From Alphaproteobacteria bacterium UBA1002 (lineage in GTDB: Bacteria > Pseudomonadota > Alphaproteobacteria > Rickettsiales > UBA998): 45,193 nt of DNA. A program made the translations under genes and the position numbers. Below the pieces are notes generated by a model, which was not told the DNA's origin, did no database searches, and was given only the letters and a program-made list of their open reading frames with translations. Shown one piece after another: positions 36,934 through 45,193 of this stretch; position 1 is the first letter of the stretch; every line of letters begins with the position of its first letter. The DNA lies in the NCBI GenBank assembly GCA_002291845.1, contig DBAU01000101.1:1-45193 (forward strand), read 5' to 3'.

Positions 36934-38871
36934 ATGCCCGATGCCATGACATACCCCACGGCCAGAATTGAGACACAGCGCGGTCTGGTGGTAGACCATG
37001 AGCGCTATCCGTCGAATAGCGGCACCCATTCGTATGAACGCAGTAAAGGGATCATCGACAGCCTCGGCCTGCTCGACACCAAGCAATACGATATTTTGCC
37101 ACAGTTTGCGCAGCTGCTGCATTCCCCGATCGTGGGGCGCATGATGCGGCTGCGCGGGCAGTATTTTCGCTCCTTATCCCCGCACCAAACCGCGGAAGAA
37201 ACGACGCAACGACTCTTCAATCACCAGTTTGTGACCTATAACGAAGGCAACGAAGGCGACGCCCCAGACAGCCTAAACCTGATGGAACCGGTCGCGCTGA
37301 TTCGCCGGTGCTTCGCCCCCGGCAAAGAAGCCGAATGGCCTACCCTGCTGCTGACCACCAACCATGCGCTGACCAGCGACCATACGCACATCGCAGGCAT
37401 CATGCGTGGCCTGCGTAAAATGGTGGAAGATGCCCATGGCCGGCCTCTACAGTATGTGGCCCATCCGGATGATGAGCAAAACTTCAAAGGCAAAACCCTT
37501 ATTCTCTCTTCCGTCTTTACTCAGGCCACGCCACAGGAAAACGGCGCCGACCTTCTCGACCGGCTGCAAGAACTTGGCGGGCGCACGCGCACCCTTCAAC
37601 ACGGGAAAGACCCCGGGCGCTTATCCGCACTTCCCAGCTTGTGGAGCGAATGGCTCCAGGCATCGCTAAAAGATCCGGGGGAACTGCTCAACCCGCGCCA
37701 CTTTACCGCTAAACTACTCCCGACCCGTCAGGTAGAGCGTGAGCACGCCTCCCCCGCCGCGCGCCGGTTAGCAAAGTTTTTGCTGGCCATGATGGTAACC
37801 GAGCCGGAGCGTGTTCACTTTGACGCCCCTTGTACGGAAGCCAAGCTCATGACCGGGGATGCCGAAGGCCGCCGCCCGAGCCTTCCGGAGGATATGCGCC
37901 TTGCGGAGCCGCCGCTGGTTCTGCGTGAGGATGCCTCACGCGTGGTATCACGCGCCCTGCTTGCGGGGTATAGCAAAGGCGGCAACATGGTCAGCGATGC
38001 GGTGCGCCTGCTAAAGGACGAGCTGGAAGGCGCGCTGCGCCATGGCATGCTGGACGCACGGCCATTGCTGAAGCAACCGGAGCTAGCCATTGACGCTATT
38101 CCGCCCCGTCAGGTGACCTCGCGCATTCTCAGCAGCATCGGCCTGCTCTCTATTGCCGCGGGAGAAGAACCGCTGACGCAGGATGAAAAGGACGCAGGCA
38201 TCCGCCGGGTTAACATCCTCAGCGACCGGGACCTCATCGCCAGCCATTTCGCGGCAGGGCGCGAACATGAGTACCACTCGCGTGATGAGCTGATCCGCGT
38301 AAAAGGCACCGATGCCGATATGGGTCACCGCTGGCAACATGCCCTGCTTGAAGCGCCCGGAATGGCCACTGGCTTTATCATGGCGGACAAAAAAGCGCGG
38401 CAGCATGTGCAAGCGGTCTCCTCACAATTGTTTGACGGCCTGCCGGCTATTTGGGATTTCAGGCTGGAGACTCGGAACCGTGAAGGGCGGGAATACCGCC
38501 TCTCCTTCCGCCCCGGCGTACTGCGCCGCGACATTGAGGCTTGGGGTACGGAACTCTCGGCCTATCTTCCCGGTCGTCTGGCAAAGGAATACAGCGCGGT
38601 GCGCATCTCTATTACCCCGGACGCCCCCACCGCCATCATTCTGCATGTGCCGGAAGCCTTGCAACAGCACTCTGGTCTGCCGCATGAGGTGCGCGACGCG
38701 CTGAGCACGTTCTGTCAGGAAAAAGGCATCTTGTTACCGCCCTATGTGGCGGAGGATATCGCCGATCAATTCCAGCAAGCCGTGCCTCCCGGCCAACAGT
38801 CTCGCGGGTCCCACATCAAACGGGCACTGGGCAGGACAGGCAATGTCCCCGCTCATGGCTTACCCGGCTAA
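36934..38871 (+). CDS. Large orphan protein, probable alpha/beta-hydrolase fold
   Basis: LLAGYSKGG nucleophile elbow, later NILSDRDLI and DMGHRW candidate Asp/His; no signal peptide. Confidence 0.7.
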   Translation: MPDAMTYPTARIETQRGLVVDHERYPSNSGTHSYERSKGIIDSLGLLDTKQYDILPQFAQLLHSPIVGRMMRLRGQYFRSLSPHQTAEETTQRLFNHQFVTYNEGNEGDAPDSLNLMEPVALIRRCFAPGKEAEWPTLLLTTNHALTSDHTHIAGIMRGLRKMVEDAHGRPLQYVAHPDDEQNFKGKTLILSSVFTQATPQENGADLLDRLQELGGRTRTLQHGKDPGRLSALPSLWSEWLQASLKDPGELLNPRHFTAKLLPTRQVEREHASPAARRLAKFLLAMMVTEPERVHFDAPCTEAKLMTGDAEGRRPSLPEDMRLAEPPLVLREDASRVVSRALLAGYSKGGNMVSDAVRLLKDELEGALRHGMLDARPLLKQPELAIDAIPPRQVTSRILSSIGLLSIAAGEEPLTQDEKDAGIRRVNILSDRDLIASHFAAGREHEYHSRDELIRVKGTDADMGHRWQHALLEAPGMATGFIMADKKARQHVQAVSSQLFDGLPAIWDFRLETRNREGREYRLSFRPGVLRRDIEAWGTELSAYLPGRLAKEYSAVRISITPDAPTAIILHVPEALQQHSGLPHEVRDALSTFCQEKGILLPPYVAEDIADQFQQAVPPGQQSRGSHIKRALGRTGNVPAHGLPG

Positions 38872-38943
38872 GCCCGCCTCACCCCTTGCCCAGACTGCCG
38901 AAATCCGCTAGAGATCGCGGCTGAACAAGGATTCAGCGGAACC

Positions 38944-39795
38944 ATGATCCCATTTATCAAGATGCACGGCCTCGGCAATGACTTCGTCATGATCGACGAG
39001 CGCAAAATGCCCATGCAGATCATCGAGCCGGAGCAGCGTGAAGCAGCCGTGCGGGCGCTCGCCGAGCGACGCACCGGCATTGGCTGCGATCAGCTGATTG
39101 TGCTGCGCCCGACGCGCCGCGCCGATGTCTACATGCAAATCTATAACGCCGACGGCAGTGAAGTGTCCGCCTGCGGCAATGCGACGCGATGCGTCGCCTG
39201 GCTCATTATGCGCGAGAAGCACAAGGACGCTGCGCTGATCGAAACGGCGGCCGGGCTGCTGGAATGCTACCTGGCTGGCAAAGGCATGGTACGCGTCAAT
39301 ATGGGTGTACCAAAACTCACCTGGACCGACATGCCGCTCTCGCGCGAAGCCGATACGCTGCACTTGCCCGTCATCGCGGAAGGATTAGCCGACGGTGTTG
39401 CGGTCAATATGGGCAATCCGCACGCGGTGTTTTTCGTGCGTGACGTGGGGGCCATTGCACTCAAACGCGTGGGGCCGGAGCTGGAGCATCATGGCTTATT
39501 CCCCGAACGGGCCAATATCAACGTCGCACGGCTGGACGCCCCCGATCACATCACGCTGCGCACCTGGGAGCGCGGCGCCGGGGAAACGCTCGCTTGTGGC
39601 ACCGGGGCATGCGCCACGCTGGTTGCAGCGCGGCGTCGAGGCTTAAGTGCCCCAGAGGCGACCGTGTTACTCCCCGGCGGCGAGTTACGGATTGCCTGGG
39701 AGGGTAGCGAAGAGGACCCGGATTATCCTGTATGGATGACGGGCCCTGTCACCGAGAGCTTCCGCGGTGAACTAACGGATGGACAGTGGGTATAG
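38944..39795 (+). CDS. dapF: Diaminopimelate epimerase
   Basis: FIKMHGLGNDF, GIGCDQ, NADGSE..ACGNATRC, NMGNPH, WERGAGETLACGTGAC. Confidence 0.97.
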   Translation: MIPFIKMHGLGNDFVMIDERKMPMQIIEPEQREAAVRALAERRTGIGCDQLIVLRPTRRADVYMQIYNADGSEVSACGNATRCVAWLIMREKHKDAALIETAAGLLECYLAGKGMVRVNMGVPKLTWTDMPLSREADTLHLPVIAEGLADGVAVNMGNPHAVFFVRDVGAIALKRVGPELEHHGLFPERANINVARLDAPDHITLRTWERGAGETLACGTGACATLVAARRRGLSAPEATVLLPGGELRIAWEGSEEDPDYPVWMTGPVTESFRGELTDGQWV

Positions 39796-39802
39796 GACAA
39801 CT

Positions 39803-41095
39803 GTGAGCATCGATGTCCGCACGTTTGGCTGTCGCTTGAACACCTACGAAAGTGAGGTGATGAAGCAGCACGCACAGACAGCAGGGATGGAAAATACGAT
39901 TATTTTCAATACCTGTGCGGTCACGGCTGAGGCTGAGCGACAAGCCCGCCAGGCTATTCGTCGCGCCCGTCGCGAGCATCCTGATGCAAAAATCATCGTG
40001 ACCGGATGCGCCGCACAGATTGATCCACAGGGATTTGCGGCCATGCCGGAAGTGGATGCGGTGATGGGCAATCAGGAGAAGATGGTATCGGCGGAATGGC
40101 AGGCGATGGAGACTTCATCCACGCCGAGGGCAGTATCATCCGCTTTTGAAGCGGCGGGCGATTTGGCAGAAAAAATCCGCGTCAATGATATTATGTCGGC
40201 AAAGGAGACTGCCGGACATCTGGTGGCGGCATTCGATGGGCATACACGGGCCTTTGTGCAGGTGCAAAACGGCTGCAACCATCGCTGTACGTTCTGCATC
40301 ATCCCTTATGGCCGAGGCAATAGCCGCTCGGTGCCGATGGGTGAGATTGTGGCGCAGGTGCGGCTCCTCGTCGCGCAAGGCTATAAGGAGGTCGTGCTCA
40401 CCGGCGTTGATATCAGCGATTACGGGAGCGACCTGCCGGGCACGCCGACGCTCGGCCAGATGATGCGCCGCCTGCTCGCCGCCGTCCCCGAGCTACCACG
40501 CCTGCGCCTCTCTTCCATCGATGCCGTGGAAGTAGACGAAGATCTCTACCGCCTGATTGCTGAGGAGCCGCGCCTGATGCCGCATCTGCACGTCAGCCTG
40601 CAGGCGGGCGATGATATGGTGCTCAAACGCATGAAGCGCCGCCATCTGCGGCAGGATGCTCTTGATTTCTGTGCCCGCGTGCGCTGTTTGCGGCCGGATG
40701 TTGTATTCGGCGCCGATATTATTGCCGGCTTCCCCACCGAGACAGACGATATGTTTGCCAATACATTACGTTTTGTTGAGGAGGCCAATCTCACCTGGCT
40801 GCATGTCTTCCCTTACTCCGCCCGCACAGGCACCCCCGCCGCCCGTATGCCGCAAGTACCGAAAGACATCCGGAAAGAACGCGCCGCCCGCCTGCGCGCG
40901 CTGGGTGAACGGCAGGTGGCTGGATTTCTCGCAGCACAGGTCGGAAAAACCGCACAAGTATTGGTGGAGCAGGATGGCACGGGACGCACCGAACATTTTG
41001 CGCCGGTGACACTGGCGCATGGCGCACAACCGGGCGCGATGATGCACGTGCGGCTGACGGGTATTGCTGAGCAGCGCCTGCTCGCCGCGGCTTAA
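39803..41095 (+). CDS. mtaB: tRNA t6A37 methylthiotransferase (radical SAM)
   Basis: TFGCRLN.YESE, NTCAVTAEA, TGCAAQ, QNGCNHRCTFCIIP, HVFPYS.R.GT.AA; GTG start after TAGGA. Confidence 0.92.
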   Translation: MSIDVRTFGCRLNTYESEVMKQHAQTAGMENTIIFNTCAVTAEAERQARQAIRRARREHPDAKIIVTGCAAQIDPQGFAAMPEVDAVMGNQEKMVSAEWQAMETSSTPRAVSSAFEAAGDLAEKIRVNDIMSAKETAGHLVAAFDGHTRAFVQVQNGCNHRCTFCIIPYGRGNSRSVPMGEIVAQVRLLVAQGYKEVVLTGVDISDYGSDLPGTPTLGQMMRRLLAAVPELPRLRLSSIDAVEVDEDLYRLIAEEPRLMPHLHVSLQAGDDMVLKRMKRRHLRQDALDFCARVRCLRPDVVFGADIIAGFPTETDDMFANTLRFVEEANLTWLHVFPYSARTGTPAARMPQVPKDIRKERAARLRALGERQVAGFLAAQVGKTAQVLVEQDGTGRTEHFAPVTLAHGAQPGAMMHVRLTGIAEQRLLAAA

Positions 41096-41205
41096 TACCT
41101 TCCCTTCAATCGTTCCATTGTTTTTTGATAGAAAAGCCCCTACCGCCCGGCTGGCCTTGGGTTTTCCGATTGCTCATCGTGGGGACTGCGGTTATATGGC
41201 CAAGC

Positions 41206-42156
41206 ATGACTGCATCTGATTCTGATAAGAAAGAAGAAAAACAAGGCTGGCTTGCCCGTCTGAAGGCGGGACTGTCACGCACGTCCAGCGGCTTGTCGGA
41301 GGGCATTAGCGGCATCTTCACCAAGCGTAAGCTGGATGATGCCATGCTGGAAGAGCTGGAAGAGTTACTGATTATGGCCGATATGGGCAGTACGACCGCC
41401 CGACGTATCGTGGCCGAATTTGGCAAAAATCGCTTTGATAAAGAGATCAGTGCGCAGGAAGTGAAAGAGGCTCTTGCCTCACAGATTGCAGAAATTCTGC
41501 GCCCAGTGGCGCAGCCTATGATGATTGCGCCGGAGGCCAAACCGCATGTGGTACTGGTGGTTGGTGTCAATGGTAATGGCAAAACCACAACCATGGGGAA
41601 GATGGCCAGTGCGCTTACCCAAAATGGCTATTCTGTTATGATGGCAGCCGCTGATACATTTCGCGCCGCCGCGGTGGAGCAGCTGAAAGTCTGGGGTGCA
41701 CGGTCTGATGTCCCCGTGCTCACGGGCGAGGAAAACGCCGACCCCGCCAGCGTTGCCTACCGCGCGCTGGAGCAAGCAAAGACGGAAGGCCGCGACGTCC
41801 TGCTGATTGATACCGCCGGACGGCTGCATAATAAAAAGAACCTCATGGATGAGCTGCAGAAGATTGTCCGCGTGCTGAAAAAACTGGATGAAACTGCGCC
41901 GCACACTGTGCTCCAAGTGCTGGATGGCACCACCGGCCAAAATGCGCTGGCCCAAGTGGAAACCTTCCGCGACCTTGCGCAGGTAAACGGGCTGGTGGTT
42001 ACCAAGCTTGATGGCACGGCCAAAGGTGGCGTGGTGGTGGCGCTGGCAGACCGTTTCAAGCTGCCCATCCATGCCATCGGCATCGGCGAAGGCATCGAAG
42101 ACCTCAAGGATTTTGATGCGGAAGACTTCGCCCGTTCGTTGGTCGGACTGGCCTAG
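41206..42156 (+). CDS. ftsY: Signal recognition particle receptor FtsY
   Basis: GVNGNGKTTT, DTFRAAA, DTAGRL, TKLDGTAKGG. Confidence 0.96.
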   Translation: MTASDSDKKEEKQGWLARLKAGLSRTSSGLSEGISGIFTKRKLDDAMLEELEELLIMADMGSTTARRIVAEFGKNRFDKEISAQEVKEALASQIAEILRPVAQPMMIAPEAKPHVVLVVGVNGNGKTTTMGKMASALTQNGYSVMMAAADTFRAAAVEQLKVWGARSDVPVLTGEENADPASVAYRALEQAKTEGRDVLLIDTAGRLHNKKNLMDELQKIVRVLKKLDETAPHTVLQVLDGTTGQNALAQVETFRDLAQVNGLVVTKLDGTAKGGVVVALADRFKLPIHAIGIGEGIEDLKDFDAEDFARSLVGLA

Positions 42157-42187
42157 GCAAAGCGAGTGCCAAAAACCCTCTTTTTCT

Positions 42188-42664
42188 TTAGAATGGAATT
42201 TCGTCGTCCAACTCAGGCACAGGGCTGGATTGACGCTGGCCGCCACTGCGAGCCGGGGCACTGCTGTAGCCACCGCTGGAGGCAGAATCATCAAAGCTAC
42301 CGCCTTCGCGCTTCGCACCATCGAGCATCGTGAGCGAGCCGCCATAGCCCTGCAGTACCACTTCCGTGGAGTATTTTTCCTGGCCGTCTTTGTCCGTCCA
42401 TTTGCGGGTTTGCAGCTGTCCCTCGATGTATACTTTGGAGCCTTTGTGCAGATAGTTCTTGGCGACATTGACCAGGCCATCATTGAAGATCACCACGCGA
42501 TGCCACTCGGTGCGCTCTTTGCGCTCACCCGTGTTACGATCTTTCCAGCTTTCGGAGGTAGCAATGGCCAGATTGGCGATTTCCCGACCATCCTGCGTTG
42601 CCCGGATTTCGGGATCACGCCCCAAATTCCCAATTAAAATCACTTTGTTGATGCTACCAGCCAT
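42188..42664 (-). CDS. ssb: Single-stranded DNA-binding protein
   Basis: [28 protein letters not shown]-terminal DDEIPF. Confidence 0.98.
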   Translation of the reverse strand: MAGSINKVILIGNLGRDPEIRATQDGREIANLAIATSESWKDRNTGERKERTEWHRVVIFNDGLVNVAKNYLHKGSKVYIEGQLQTRKWTDKDGQEKYSTEVVLQGYGGSLTMLDGAKREGGSFDDSASSGGYSSAPARSGGQRQSSPVPELDDEIPF

Positions 42665-42686
42665 CGCTCTCTCCTGTCATTTCAAA

Positions 42687-42702
42687 CTACCATATATAGT
42701 GC
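42687..42702. promoter_or_regulatory. NrdR-box-like palindrome upstream of ssb
   Basis: CTACCATATATAGTGC resembles acaCwAtATaTwGtg. Confidence 0.45.
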
Positions 42703-42778
42703 TGCGTTAATAATTTAAAAGATTTTTCTAATCCATTCACAAAGTTCTTTCATCGCCGGACATCACAGACCCCTGACG

Positions 42779-42812
42779 GCGTCATCATATCTTCATGAAA
42801 TATGTATATCTT
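42779..42812 (+). promoter_or_regulatory. Pho-box-like direct repeat plus -10 element
   Basis: GCGTCATCATATCTTCAT (42779-42796), 10-nt spacer, TATCTT (42807-42812). Confidence 0.55.
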
Positions 42813-42914
42813 GCGCACTGGACCTGAATTTTAAATACGGATAACGCATCGCATGCAATCAAACCGAGAAACAATGGATCGGGCCAGCGCAGCGCTCAAC
42901 AAGGGGACAAACAC

Positions 42915-43334
42915 GTGAGTGACAACATCACACCGCTGGACACACACCTGACTCATGCATGGCTTAATCGTGTATTTAGCGCGGTAAATGTTTACCCCAA
43001 GTTAATTGAGAGAGATGGGCGCACATATTTCGGCGTCTATACTGATCGATGGCCTTCTCTTAGGGTTAGATTGAATGTTGATGATACCGTTGCAGAATTT
43101 GTACGACTGGGAATCGATGCCGACCATTGGCCCGAGGAGTGCATGGATAACCGCCATGGGATTTTGGTGGTTGATACGCGGAAATTAATAGAAAAACTGG
43201 AAGATGCGCAAAAGTCGTTTCATGATATATTTCAAGGGATTCAAGAAAGAAAGGGGCGCCTCGATGAGACCAGCAAAAGGGTCGTTTGGGTCGACTTTGC
43301 AGAAGGACGGCATGATGGCCATGGACGTCACTAA
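42915..43334 (+). CDS. Orphan protein, member of a putative paralogue family
   Basis: AAGGGG RBS before GTG; visibly AT-richer; motif similarity to the 31051 and 31534 proteins. Confidence 0.72.
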   Translation: MSDNITPLDTHLTHAWLNRVFSAVNVYPKLIERDGRTYFGVYTDRWPSLRVRLNVDDTVAEFVRLGIDADHWPEECMDNRHGILVVDTRKLIEKLEDAQKSFHDIFQGIQERKGRLDETSKRVVWVDFAEGRHDGHGRH

Positions 43335-43416
43335 AACGAGCGATTTTTCTTCCTATTGGGCCTGTTCATTTGCTGAGGGAGCGCTTATATAAGCGGTTCT
43401 CCACAAGGAAGCAGGC

Positions 43417-45193
43417 ATGAAAGACGTTATCTCGATCCGCGGCGCCAAAGAGCACAACCTAAAGAATGTCTCGGTCGATATTCCCAAAAACCAGTTCGTG
43501 GTCATCACCGGGCTGTCAGGATCGGGCAAGTCCTCACTGGCGTTCGACACGCTCTATGCGGAAGGCCAGCGCCGCTATGTGGAGTCGCTTTCGTCCTATG
43601 CACGCCAGTTTCTGAACATTCAGGATAAGCCGGATGTGGAATCCATCGACGGGCTGTCTCCTGCCATCGCGATCGACCAGAAAACCACCTCGCGCAACCC
43701 GCGCTCAACGGTGGGTACGGTCACCGAGATTTACGATTATCTGCGCCTGCTCTATGCGCGCATCGGTGTCCCCTACTCCCCTGCGACAGGGCTTCCCATC
43801 GAGAGCCAGACCGTCAGCCAGATGGTGGACATTATTCAGGGTCTGCCGATGGGGACTAAGCTGCATTTGTTGGCACCGTTTGTGCGTGGCCGTAAAGGGG
43901 AGCACACCAAAGAAATCGCTGCGCTGCAAAAGCGCGGCTTCACGCGCCTGCGTATCAATGGCGCGATGCACACCATCGAAGAAGCGCCAAAGCTCGACAA
44001 GAACAAGAAGCACGATATTGAAGTTGTCGTTGACCGTCTGGTGATTAAAGAGGATATGGGCAACCGCGTGGCGGACTCCGTGGAGACTGCGCTTGGTATC
44101 TCCGACGGGCTGGTGCTGGTGGAGATTGTCTCCATTCCCGAGAGTGCAAAGCCCAGAGTTCAGAGTTCAGGGAAAAAGAAAGAAAAAAAGAACGCGTTAC
44201 CAAAGGCTGGCGAGATCATCACGCTATCCGCCAAATTCGCCTGCCCGGTTTCCGGCTTCACGCTGGAGGAAATCGAGCCGCGCCTCTTCTCGTTTAACAG
44301 TCCGTTTGGCGCCTGCCCGGTCTGTGATGGACTGGGAAGTCAGCGTGAATTTGATGTGGATCTGGTCGTACCGGATACCAGCAAATCACTCTATGAGGGG
44401 GCCATTGCACCGTGGGCTAACGCGCAGACCAAGTATTTCATTCAGACGCTGGACGGGCTGGCGCGGCATTTCAAGTTCAGCTTGCATGTACCGTTTGGCG
44501 ATCTGCCGGAAAAGGTGCAGGATGTGCTGCTCTACGGCTCCGGCGACGAGGCGGTCAAAATCAGCTACATCGATGGCCCACGCCATTACAACAGCCACAA
44601 GCCGTTTGAAGGCGTCATCCCCAGCCTGCAACGTCGCTGGCGCGAAACCGACTCCACCTGGATGCGCGAAGAACTGGAGAAGTTTCAGCACACCACTGAT
44701 TGCGACGCCTGCAACGGGTATCGCCTGAAGCCAGAAGCACTCAGCGTCAAGGTGGGCGGCAAGCATATCGGCGAGGTCTGCAAGCTCTCCATCGACGAAT
44801 CCACTCGCTGGTTTGAAACACTCACCGAGAAGCTGACCACGCAACAACAGCAGATCGCCGAGAAAATCCTCAAAGAAATCCGTGAGCGACTGGGCTTCCT
44901 TGTTAACGTGGGTCTGGACTACCTCACGCTTTCCCGCGAGTCCGGCACACTCTCCGGCGGGGAATCGCAGCGCATCCGCCTTGCCTCGCAAATTGGCTCC
45001 GGCCTCTCTGGTGTGCTCTACGTGCTGGATGAGCCGTCCATCGGACTGCACCAGTGCGATAATGAGCGCCTGCTCGGTACGCTGCAACGGCTGCGCGACC
45101 TCGGCAATACCGTGATCGTGGTGGAGCATGACGAAGACACCATGCGCCATGCCGACTGGCTGATTGATATGGGCCCCGGCGCGGGCGTGCATG
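43417..45193 (+). CDS. uvrA: Excinuclease ABC subunit A (5' part; runs off the window)
   Basis: Translated by hand: [59 protein letters not shown]...[34 protein letters not shown]. Confidence 0.97.
   Translation, partial: MKDVISIRGAKEHNLKNVSVDIPKNQFVVITGLSGSGKSSLAFDTLYAEGQRRYVESLSSYARQFLNIQDKPDVESIDGLSPAIAIDQKTTSRNPRSTVGTVTEIYDYLRLLYARIGVPYSPATGLPIESQTVSQMVDIIQGLPMGTKLHLLAPFVRGRKGEHTKEIAALQKRGFTRLRINGAMHTIEEAPKLDKNKKHDIEVVVDRLVIKEDMGNRVADSVETALGISDGLVLVEIVSIPESAKPRVQSSGKKKEKKNALPKAGEIITLSAKFACPVSGFTLEEIEPRLFSFNSPFGACPVCDGLGSQREFDVDLVVPDTSKSLYEGAIAPWANAQTKYFIQTLDGLARHFKFSLHVPFGDLPEKVQDVLLYGSGDEAVKISYIDGPRHYNSHKPFEGVIPSLQRRWRETDSTWMREELEKFQHTTDCDACNGYRLKPEALSVKVGGKHIGEVCKLSIDESTRWFETLTEKLTTQQQQIAEKILKEIRERLGFLVNVGLDYLTLSRESGTLSGGESQRIRLASQIGSGLSGVLYVLDEPSIGLHQCDNERLLGTLQRLRDLGNTVIVVEHDEDTMRHADWLIDMGPGAGVH

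Noticed and set aside
41479-42483. 334-aa ORF on the - strand
   Set aside because: Alternative frame of ssb running antisense through ftsY; no coherent protein features
44386-45192. 268-aa ORF on the - strand
   Set aside because: Antisense shadow of uvrA, which the ORF track missed because it lacks a stop codon in the window
1-45193. CRISPR arrays, tRNA/rRNA genes, IS elements, prophage or defence genes
   Set aside because: No regularly spaced repeats, cloverleaf signatures, or transposase/integrase/nuclease motifs recognised by eye; short ncRNAs could have been missed

Overview
Chromosomal window from an alphaproteobacterium, inferred from a stand-alone F0 operon with b and b', a DivL-type Tyr pseudokinase next to ahcY, a CtrA-type box and a Zn-free L36. 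I saw no rRNA, tRNA, CRISPR array, transposase or phage gene. Bases 1-16.4 kb form a low-oxygen (FNR/FixK-type) block: a CBS protein, a MaoC-phosphotransacylase fusion, acetate kinase and a TPR-glycosyltransferase, then a System II cytochrome c maturation operon (resB/ccsB-ccsA-tlpA; unusual for alphaproteobacteria) divergent from a complete cbb3 oxidase cluster (DsbD_2-ccoNOQP-ccoGHIS) across one FNR box. Bases 16.4-45.2 kb are mostly housekeeping genes (rpmJ, atpIBEF'F, dsbA, maeB, mutS, ferredoxin, yggT, purU, divL, ahcY, dapF, mtaB, ftsY, ssb, partial uvrA), plus an MshEN-GT2 polysaccharide synthase paired with an outer-membrane barrel. The best novelty candidate is a set of orphan genes scattered singly or as a pair between the housekeeping genes. 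By eye, three of them (31051, 31534, 42915) are paralogues, and the C-terminus of a 645-aa lipase-like orphan (36934) may carry the same domain. Three orphan loci (31534, 36934, 42915) have an upstream GTCAT-N6-(G/T)TCAT (Pho-box/OmpR-type) direct repeat, in two cases exactly 10 nt before a -10 element. This suggests an undescribed, co-regulated, lineage-specific protein family, possibly effectors. All assignments come from visual motif recognition; no searches were run.
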